This document shows, piece after piece, positions 53,651 through 64,000 of a DNA stretch of 64,000 nt. A program made the translations under genes and the position numbers. The notes below the pieces were generated by a model. That model searched no databases, was not told where the DNA came from, and worked only from the letters and a program-made list of their open reading frames with translations. Source of the stretch: the human T2T-CHM13v2.0 reference genome, Homo sapiens; NCBI RefSeq assembly GCF_009914755.1, contig NC_060932.1; one strand, written 5' to 3'. Numbering within the stretch: position 1 is the stretch's first letter; the number at the start of each line of letters is the position of its first letter.

Positions 53651-56600
53651 ATTCCAATTTTCTGATTTACATTAAATTTTTCAGATTTACACTTGGTGAT
53701 TGTTATACTTTAAGACTTTAGTTAGCCTCCATTTGGAGATTTGCTTATAATGAGCTATCAACCATATATTCTAAAAGGAGTTGTCAAGAAAAAAAAATCA
53801 AGACTGTTTCTAGAATGCCTGAAATTATGACTTTTTAAATATAATTTGATTAAGAGATCAAAAGAACAGAAGAACTATCTGAGTAATCTCCTTTTAAATT
53901 CCTCTCTCTGTAGAGTCACACATTCATGACCTTTGTTCCTGTTTCTGAATCTCTCAATCAGAAAGATGCCTGCTTGCTGCAGCCCTGGAGGGGGACAACA
54001 CATGAGGAACAGGAGACAGAGTCTCAGGGTCAAACCACCTCATCCAGTGAATACTGTAATATTCTATGGCTCAGGTCTTGTAAAGATCTTCTTAGACATT
54101 TTTATTTGTTAACTGTTTAATGTTTAAATGCTTCTCAATGGAGAAGAATTACACACACACACACACACGCACACACTTCTTATTGGCTAAAAATGTCTCT
54201 AGTGTTTTGTTCCTGTGACTAATGCTAACTCTTAAAATTTTATGTTATCATTTAACCTTCAGTTTGTTCTTGAATAAACAACATGTCCAAGCTTCCAGCA
54301 GTAGCTGTTTAGAGCAGCTCTGTGACCACTAGGAGATGAGATCTCAGTGATAATAAAATATTCATGGCATTTGCACTCATAACTGTTGTACTGTTCTAGA
54401 GGGGAATCTTGAAGATGAGTTGACATAGCTCCATCAGCAAACATCCCACCGGATGTTTTCTTAAGCATTCTGAACAAAGTTCAACTGCCCTTTGGGAGAA
54501 AACACACATTTCTTCCTAATTTATAATTGTTGGAATGATACCAACCCCCCAAAATCTGAAGAGTTCATTAGGGGAAAATATGTTCAAATATAATAATGCT
54601 TTATTTGTCCTTTATTCTATAGAACCATATAGATCTTTTTAAACATCTCAGCAATCAACTATACTACCATGTCTTGAGGAAGGCAGGAAATACTAGTCTT
54701 ATTTTATAGCTGTTTTAGAAAAAAACAGAAAAGCTTTACTCTTCTGAGATAAGAGCCTTCCTGGAAGAAGTTTAGCCTCTTGGAGAATGTGTTAATAATT
54801 TCAGAACACACTTAAGAAGCAATGCAATACATTGCTAATTTTAGCTCTGTACAAGAATATCAGAATTCAAAGTGACCTACATAGATTTTTACTTTTTCAA
54901 ATACAGGTTGTCTTATGCAGTTTGTTTTAAAACATGAAGGACCTAGTGACTGAGAAAACCTGGAATCATTATATAACTCAGTGGGGAAAAAATTAAATTT
55001 AATTTAATAATTTTCTAACTTAATTATGTTTGCATATTTATTCTACATTTCTTGAGGCCACTACAGCCTGTTGTGCATTGCAGACCACAAACAAAATAAT
55101 AATTTCTGGCTGCAACAAATTTCTAGCAATAACACTACAACCTGAATGGTCTAAAATATTTTTTCCTCCAGTTTAAGCAGTGTTTGGTTTTTCTCGTGCA
55201 TTCAGGAGTGACTAAGGTATTCCTCCTTGTCAACTTTGTGCTAATCATCCTTGTACCCTTGTTTGTTCAATGACTGGAATTTACATCCTCGAACTGGTAC
55301 CATTTTTAAAAATTATCCATGTTTCTCTTGAGGCCATGCTGATTGTTTTAGCAAGCACCCCAATAATGTGTAGCTGCTCTGCTTCAACATCGCCAAGCTG
55401 AAAAGGGAGAATATAGTGGACCCTCAAACCTTTTTAAAAAAAATTTCTAACCGTATCATATATTAAATATATGAATCTTAATAAAATATATAATACATAC
55501 AAAAGTAAATATGATATACCTGTATGTATAAACAACAATAATAAAATGAACATTCATGAACCTGACAGCCAGCTTGAAAAATAGAACTTTAATCACTTTT
55601 TAGCTTTGAATCACTCTCTGTCCCCCTATCTCATCCCCACTTCCCCAGCAGAGGTAATAACCACTAGCCTGAATTTAGCACTTATCTCCCTGCCTTTCCT
55701 ATTGTTTCCCACATGCACACATATCCCAAAAGGGTTTAGTATTTAGTTTTGCCTGGTTGTGAACTTTACGTACAAGGAATTACAATGCATTTGTTCTATG
55801 ACTTGCTTGTTTTGCTCATTATATGTCTTTGAGGTTCATTTACATTGGTGTGCATAGCTAAGGTTTATTAGTTTTCACTCCTGTATTTGTTTTATTGTAT
55901 GAGTTGCCACTTTGAGTGTCATTTCTACTCTAGATGGACTTTTAGTTTGTCAGCAATGTTTTAAATAATATGAACAATTCTATTGTGAATGTCCATGTTC
56001 TGTGTAATTATATGTAAATATGTGCAAATGCTGTCTATGGTATATGCCTTAGGAGTCAAAAAACTGTTGTAGAGTTAGGACCATTTCATTACCATATTGC
56101 TAGGTGAGGCCCAGTTGTTTTCCAAAGAAGTTGACCCTATTTATACATACCCACCAACAATGAAGGAGATTATTATAATCTCATTAACACTTGGCCTAAC
56201 ATTTAAAATTTTTGCAAGTCAGGTTAATTTGAAATTTTATTTCATTATTAGCAAAGTTTAGTATTTTTTACATTTTTATTGATCACTTACATTTCCTTTC
56301 CAATGAAATGTCTGTTTACATCTGCTTATTTTTCTTTCGAGTTCTCTTTTTCTGGCAGATCTGTAGAAATATTTTTCAGTTTACATATTATGAGTCTGAG
56401 AAAATATTCCCTAACTACAGGCTTACAAAATTATTCTCCTACATATTTTTCTGAAAGTTATAAGGTTTTGTTTGTCAGATTTAAGTCTTAATCCATTTTG
56501 AAATTGTTTTATATTGTGAAGTAGAGACCCATTTCCATTTTCCCATACAGATACCCAATTTTCGATACTATTTTTTGAAAAGTAGTCCTTCAGTTTCCTA

Positions 56601-57091
56601 TTTCTCTGCAATCCATACTTGATTTGCCTCTTTTTTTCCACTGGTGTTGTGTTATTTCTAAGCTCTCTTTTTGGTTTAATTAGAAAATTTTTCCAATGCT
56701 CTTCCACTATTACACTGTCTTGTTCATTATAGCTTCACAAAAGTTTTGATATCTAATAAGTCATTTCCCCCTAGCTTCTATTTGGGAGTTTTTTGCTGTT
56801 ATTGGCCCTTTAGTTTTTATTTAAATTTCACATTCATATAAAAAACTGTATTCAGATTTTAATTAGATTTTACATAAATTTATAGATTTTTAAAATTGAT
56901 GTCTTTAAGCTGTTTTGTGTTATTCCGTGACCATGCCACATCATTACATTTACTTATTAAGTCGTCCTTAAAATCTTTTTTAAAAGTTTGGTAGATTTCT
57001 CCAAAGTAGTCTTGTACACAATTTGCTATATTTATTCCTAGGTGTTTTTGTTTTTAGTTATTATTGCAAATGGTTTAAAACAATTATTGCC

Positions 57092-57433
<342 letters not shown>

Positions 57434-58042
57434 CTATGTATCAATTTTGCTGAAATCTCTAGTTAGTTTTAGTAATAATTTGTTCATTAGAAATTTGGAT
57501 TTGCTATGTAGACAATCACAGAATTTGAAAATAATAAAAATATTTATTCTTTAAAAATCTTTATACACTTATTTTTTATATTCTTGTTATAGTACAGGAG
57601 ATGTTTTTTCTCAGTTTATAAAAAAGACATTTTGGGGGGCTAGTAATGTGGACCAAATATCAAAGCTATGACATAGTGTTTGGGAGAAACATTTAAACCA
57701 CTGATCAGAATATTTAAATTGTTGTATGTCTCAGGTTTTTTTTTATGACAATTTTATTACTTTTAAATCTAGGAATTTCTTCAACTAAATTGTTTATACA
57801 TTGCCTCAAAGTGGTTTATATTATCTTTTACGTCTTTGCTACATCTCTAATAATGTCACTTTTGTCATTATGAAATAATGACCAGTTCTAAATATTGTCT
57901 AATTTTCAGTACTATATCTTCTTTAGCACATAAATGTTAATTTTTTTAAGTTTATGTTACTGTTTTAGATTTTCAAAGCTGCATTTTGGATTGATAAATA
58001 TGTCTGTACGTAAAGATGTTGGAAATTTGTTATGAGCTGCTA

Positions 58043-58372
<330 letters not shown>

Positions 58373-58663
58373 TTATAAATATTTATGCTGACAAAGAATG
58401 TGTATTTTGCAATAGTTGTGTGAGTTTTCTGCATATGTCCTTTGAATCAATATTATTAATTTGGGGTTGTTCAAATTTTCTAGAGTTTTATTAATATCTT
58501 TTGTTTACTTGAGAGAATACTGAGGGAGAAGTATTAGAAAGTCTAAAATTCAGAGATGATTTGTCAATTATTATGTAGATATGTCAATATTTATCTTATA
58601 TTTGATAGTTTCATTATAGTTGTATCCAAGACTTGTTGTATCATTTTTCAAAATTAAAATATT

Positions 58664-58958
58664 TATCAGTATCTGATTTCCCTAAAGACAAAGACCACCA
58701 GTGCTGCTTTTTGCTTTAAAATGAATTTTTTATATTACCTATGTTATTAATAGAACTAAACTAGACTTGTTTTGATGTATATTTACATAATATATCAGTA
58801 TCTGATTTCCCAAAAGACAAAGATCACTAATGCTGCTTTTTGCCTTAAAATGAATTTTCTTTATCTATATTATTAACAGCTAAACAAGACTTGTTTTGAT
58901 TTATATTTACATAGTATATGTAATTTACATAGTATATGTAATTTACATAGTATATGTA
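58664..58958. repeat. ~129-bp tandem duplication followed by a perfect 18-bp x3 repeat
   Basis: tatcagtatctgatttccc.aaagacaaaga.. at 58664 and 58793; atttacatagtatatgta at 58905, 58923 and 58941. Confidence 0.93.
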
Positions 58959-59717
58959 AATATGCTTTGTTCTCAGTTTTTAATCTTTGTCTTTTGTAAA
59001 CAATACATAATTGGATTTTATTGTCAATTCTAACATTGTTCTTCATGAAGAAATAATTTCATTTACACATATTGTGACTACTGTTATATTTGGATTAATT
59101 TCAACCATCTTATATTCTACTTTCTATTTTTTCACTTCTCTAATTTTCTTCCTTGCTAGTTTTGTGATTAATCAATTATTTTCCTCTCTCACCATTTTAC
59201 ATTTTCTCTGATAGTTTGGGAGATGTAAAGTATTTTTCTGTGTTTTTAATGGTTATACTAGACATTTGAAAATACTCAAGTAACAACAAATTTTAAAGGT
59301 TATATATCTTTTTTCTTTCTCCTGAATAATACAAACTTCTTAGAGTGGTTCAATTTCGATCACTCAATTTATGTAATGGTAGATGCTTCAGTTAATTCAA
59401 TGTTGAATTTTTAATCTCACAAATTATTCATTCTTATTACCCTTTTATAAATCCCTATTATTTTTATATGTTTACATTTTTTAGCTCATTGTTCACCTTA
59501 CATCGCAGATCTTTAAGGATATCTTTTCAAAGTTACTTTACTGAAGATCTTTGTGTAATAAAATCTTTCAGTTTTGTGCGCCTGAAGTTGTCTTTATTTT
59601 GACCTTATTCTTAAAAGATAGTTTTACTGGATACAGAATTTTAAGTATCAGTTACTTTTTTCTCTGCATACTGCATGTCCTTTAGATCTGGCTTTTAAGT
59701 ACATTTCTCCAGATAGA

Positions 59718-59767
59718 GTGTGTGTGTGTGTGTGTATGTGTGTGTGTGTATGTGTATATATATATAT
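59718..59767 (+). repeat. (TG)n(TA)n compound microsatellite
   Basis: Read directly from the sequence. Confidence 0.93.
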
Positions 59768-59992
59768 TTGTTTTTGCGAGGCCTTCCCCCACCATGTGGT
59801 TAGTATGAATTCCCACACCAAAACCATGTGACTACATGGCTGTGGCAAGTTTCTCAAGGGAAACTATTTTCATTTTGACTTTTTTCACAGTTTACTTAGA
59901 ACAAACATCAAGACAGATAACGTTTCCCTATTGTCTTTTCTCATTTGCTTATTTTCAGAATGTATTAATTGAGGATATCACCTTTTTGGAAG

Positions 59993-61523
59993 TGATGGCA
60001 GAGGTGGCCTGTCTGGAGCAGCTGCCATGACGCCGGCTGCCGTGTGGGAGGTGCCGCTGGGGCTGCCTGCTCCATGGAGCCTGCAGGATCCAGGACAGGT
60101 AGGAGCCCCGCCCCTTTCTGAGTGGGAGGGGCAGGAGCCCCACCCTCCCAGGGGTAGCTGCAGCCACCCAGCCACGGTTGTGGACCTGGGCGTCCCGGCA
60201 CTCTTGGGGACCAGGAAGCTCCTCTTCCCCCACAGGCTCAGAAGTGCCTGCTCCTGCTACTTGGCTTCTCCTCACTCCCAGCGCCTGCCTCAATTTCAGA
60301 GCAAAGTTGTGGCCAAGCCCCAGCGCTGTTTTGATCTGGCCAGATGTGTGCATGCTTGGGGTGGTGTTGATAGGCCAACCCCCCCTGCCGCCTCAGCCCC
60401 CTCTGGACTTTGGGTGCCACAGCATGGAAGGGAGGCCAAGGCAGGGCTGAGGGCGGCTCAACATGAGCCTGAAGGCGCCTCTCCGCAGGAACAGCCTGGG
60501 CGCCATGCACAGCAGGTTGATGACGGCAGGAGGCAGACAGGCTCTTGGGTAGAAAAGTCTCCTGTCGGCTGAGGGCTTCAGAGACAACAGGGCCACCTGC
60601 CTGCCCATAGGAGCTACAGACCCTGGGTCTCCTTTCTGCTGAGGGCCGTGCAGACGTCGAAACAACATGCCTGCATATAGACCAACTCTGGGTCTCCTCT
60701 CTGCTAAGAGCTGCACACTCATCAGGACAACCTGTGTACGGAAAAGAGCTACTCACTTCAGGTCTCCTCTCTGCTAAGAGCTGCACACCTGGGGGACAAC
60801 CTGCCTGTGGAAGAGAGCTACCCACTCCAGGTCTCCTGAGAGCTATTGTAGAGCTCCTCTCCACCTTGCTCACCCTTACCGTCCAGTTGTCCATGTACCT
60901 TATTCTTCCTGGACATTGAACAAGAACTCAGGACCCATTGAATGGAGGGACTAAAAGAGCTGTAACACAAACAGGGCTAAGACAGGCCCCCCTCCGTCCC
61001 CCGCCCCACCAGCCTGCTCACCACGTTGCAGGTGACAAGAAGAGAATAAAGAAGGAGAGAAGAGCTGCAGCCCTTCAGGGATTCCAGACCTAGGAGCACC
61101 CCAAGCCAGGGATGTGACACCCTCTTGGGGCTCTGTGGTTCCTGGCATCTTCAAGCTTCTGGGTGCCACTGCATTCCCTGGTGCCCACAGTGGAAGCCAC
61201 CTATAGTACACCTGGTCCAGTCGCAGCCTTGCAGAGAGCCAGTGCCTGTGTCGGCGCCTAGAGCTGCCTGCCCCACTGCAGCTGGCATGCATGGCTGCAC
61301 ACAGTGGCTGGACCTTGTGCTTGCTCGCTTACCCACCCCTCATTGTTTCACGTGTGGCTCACCCTTGGCAGGCGTGGGAACTGGGCTGGTAACAAAAGCC
61401 AGGCACACTGCTAGGCTGAGTGGGCAGAACGAGCGCAGCGGGCTCGAGCAAAACTCAGGCAAAGGCACCACTGGCCACAAAGTTTTCTGGCTGGTGAAGC
61501 AACAACCCAAGGATCCCATGACA
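59993..61523 (+). mobile_element. MER52-family (ERV1) solo LTR, ~1.53 kb
   Basis: tgatggcag.ggtggcc..tctggagcag...ccaaggatcccatgaca; perfect 4-bp TSD gaag; internal ~68-bp repeats at about 60555-60845. Confidence 0.92.
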
Positions 61524-62074
61524 GAAGAGTCCCCTTATAGCATTTTCAGCTATGCTATGCTAGGAGTAGTATCTGAGACCTTCTAATCTGAAATATTATT
61601 AGAAATAGAAGTTCAAGTTGGACCATTCATTTTTAACCTCTCATATTAAATCCAATATTAAGGCAAACAAACTCGCTCATTCATTTATCTTTTCTTTACT
61701 GACAGATCCTCTCTCCTAAGAAATAAGATTGGGAGCCGACATCAGAGAATGTATGAGTCATATAGCCTCCTGTCAAGTCCAGATTCTCCCTTCTCATACC
61801 TCCAAACAAGTGACCCTAGACTATTTTGTTACACCTCACCGGAGTTTAATACCTCATGGTCCTTGGCTTATATAATTTTTTGCTCTTCCACAGGACCTGA
61901 GGTAATCAAAAGCCTGCCTATATGGCTTCCTCTTTTTTACTTAGATAATAATCTATTAGTTTTATGTTTACAATTTAGCTCTGGAGTTTTTATTACACAA
62001 CACCCCCCACTCCAGACAGACAGACACACACACAAACACACACACACACACAAAAATTAGGAATTTTCATAGTA

Positions 62075-62556
62075 TTTACCATAGCCTGATCTGGCTGCAG
62101 CATACATGTCTAATCTCATCTTTTGTTACTGACCCCATGTTCATTCTGCACCAGCCATATGGGACTTCTTGCCCTTTTTGTTATGTACCCAGCTTCTTCC
62201 TGGCTTAGCACCTTTGCAGTTATTTTTGCCTTTGCCTGGAATTGCGTGACTTCATCTCTTCTCAAGGATCATTGCCTCCCTTCAGTTTGTTCCTTCCTCA
62301 CTATCACCTCCTCAAAGATGCCTTTCTGATCCTCAAGTGTATTTAAATTATCACTCTCTCATCTCCTCATATTTTACCCTGACTTTATATAAAATTATGT
62401 TTTTATTTCCTTGCTTATTGGCTGACTTCCCTGCTAGAATCTAAGAGGTAGGAAGGGAAAAATTCAATTTGTCTCATTTATCACTATGCCTATAGCTCTA
62501 GAACAAAGCCTGACAGGAAGTAGGCATTCTGTAAATATTTGTTGATGAAATGAATG
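62075..62556 (+). mobile_element. L2 (L2a-like) 3' end
   Basis: cacctttgca.tt..tgcctggaa...tcacctcctca.agatgcctttctga...ctagaacaaagcctgaca..agtaggca..taaatatttgttga. Confidence 0.8.
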
Positions 62557-62721
62557 GTAATATAATAACCTTCAAAACTTGATAAAATATGTTGATTTTT
62601 ATGTGAATAACTTAGTTAATATTGTGGATTTGTATCAGTTGCATGGCATTTCACATAGGTGAAATGTCAAGAGAATATACCCTTTTTATAATGATGTCTA
62701 ATTTATAATGATACCTAATTA

Positions 62722-63895
62722 TTAGGTTGATGCAAAAGTAATGGTAGTTTTTGCATGGTTAGAATTTGCTGTTTGATATTGGAATGCATGCTTAAATAAA
62801 TGTGGTTATGTTATACGTCATTTTAATGCACACTTCTTGCTTTTTTGCTAATGATTACTTACTATTTCTTTTCTATTTATTTTACGCTATGGAAATGATG
62901 CTACACAAAGAGCAAATTCAAGTAATTTTCTTAATTGAGTTCAAAATGGGTCATAAGGCAGTGGGGACAACTCACAACATCAACAACACATTTGGCTTAG
63001 GAACTGCTAATGAACATGCAGGGCAGTGATAGTTCAAGTTTTGCAAAGAAGACAAGAGCCTTGAAGATGAGCATAGCATCTTTCTATCAGAAGTTGACAA
63101 CAACCAATTGAGAGCAATCATGAAAGATGATCCCCTTACAACTATATGAGAAGTTGCCCAAGAACTTGACATTGACCATTCTATGGTCATTTGGCATTTG
63201 AAGCAGATTGGAAAGGTGAAAGAGCTCTACAACTGGGTGCCTCATGAGCTGACCAAAAATAAAAAAAAAATTGTTGCTTTGAAATAACATCTCTTATTCT
63301 ATGCAACAACAACAAACCATTTCTTGATTGGATTGTGATGTGCAATGAAAAATGGATTTTATATGACAGCTGGCAATGACCACCTCAGTGATTGGACTGA
63401 GAAGATCCAAAGCACTTCCCAAAACCAAACTTGAATAAAAAAAAGTTCATGGTCACTGTTTGGTGGTCTCCTGCTGGTTTTACTCACCACAGGTTTCTGA
63501 ATCCTGGCGAAACCATTACATCTGAGAAGTATGCTCAGCACATCCATGAGATGCACTGAAAAGTGCAATGCCCACAGCCAGCATTGGTCAACAGAAAGGG
63601 CCCAATTCTCCATGACAATGCCCAACTGTACATGGCACAACCAATGCTTCAAAAGTTGAAAGAATTGGGCTAAAAATTTTTGGCTCATCTGCCATATTAA
63701 CCTGACTTCTCATGAACTGACTACCACTTCTTCAAAAACATTGATGACTTTTTGCAAGGAAAACACTTCCACAACCAGCAGGATATAGAAAATGCTTTCC
63801 AAGCATTCATAGCATCCGAAAGCATTGATTTTCACACTACAGCAATAAATAAATATGTTCCTCATTGGCAAAAATGTGTTGATTGTATTGGTTCC
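62722..63895 (+). mobile_element. HSMAR1 mariner DNA transposon, near full length; right end displaced by a THE1 insertion
   Basis: TA followed by left TIR ttaggttgatgcaaaagtaat..gtttttgc, then transposase homology throughout. Confidence 0.96.
62889..63895 (+). pseudogene. Hsmar1 transposase pseudogene
   Basis: MEMMLHKEQIQVIFLIEFKMGHK..., WVPHEL, CNEKW (first catalytic D changed to N), HDNA, PY*PD, WQKCVDC.GS; several stops. Confidence 0.95.
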
Positions 63896-64000
63896 TGTGT
63901 TAGTCTGTTCTCACGCTGCTAATAAAGACTACCCAAAACCGGGTAATTTATAAAGGAAAGAGGTTTAGTTGACTCATAGTTTAGCATTGCTCAGGAGGCC
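63896..64000 (-). mobile_element. THE1-family LTR; runs off the right edge
   Basis: tgtgttagtctgttctcacgctgctaataaagac.accc....gggtaatttataaaggaaagaggttt. Confidence 0.92.

Noticed and set aside
52090-54438. Retro-copied circRNA or lariat as the source of the 54438->52090 junction
   Set aside because: No GT/AG splice signals at the junction on either strand, and no poly-A or TSD around the insert.
59955-61586. Cluster of long overlapping ORFs (up to 218 aa)
   Set aside because: They lie essentially within the GC-rich MER52 LTR, where stop codons are scarce on both strands.
62889-63895. SETMAR exon or active transposase
   Set aside because: Stops, a mutated first catalytic Asp and no SET-domain exons. 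It is a dead Hsmar1 copy.

Overview
AT-rich primate (human or great-ape-like) genomic DNA that looks intronic or intergenic. I could not recognise any host protein-coding exon, RNA gene or CRISPR array. The recognisable ORFs are transposon remnants (L1 ORF1/ORF2, THE1 internal ORF, Hsmar1 transposase, Alu frames); the rest look like chance frames. Much of the window is interspersed repeat: the 5' half of an L1PA6-8-like LINE, several L1M/L1P 3' ends (three with twin-priming 5' inversions), L2, MIR, Alu J/S/Y, a two-LTR THE1D element nested in L1MA nested in L2, solo LTRs (LTR16, MER39/34-like, THE1D, MSTA, MLT1, MER52), hAT MITEs (MER45B, MER63A, MER1B, MER94, MER112) and a near-complete dead Hsmar1. 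The most unusual structure is a ~417-bp insert at 53000-53416. It is made of inverted copies of two nearby segments (52090-52207 and 54151-54438) fused together, which suggests multiple template switches or a circle junction. Also notable are a pristine 34-bp AluY end with a perfect 17-bp TSD, a perfect 3x59-bp tandem repeat, and a TIR-bounded copy of neighbouring DNA. All subfamily calls and identities are by eye from remembered consensus sequences and need RepeatMasker/Dfam confirmation. I see no support for a novel gene-encoded system.
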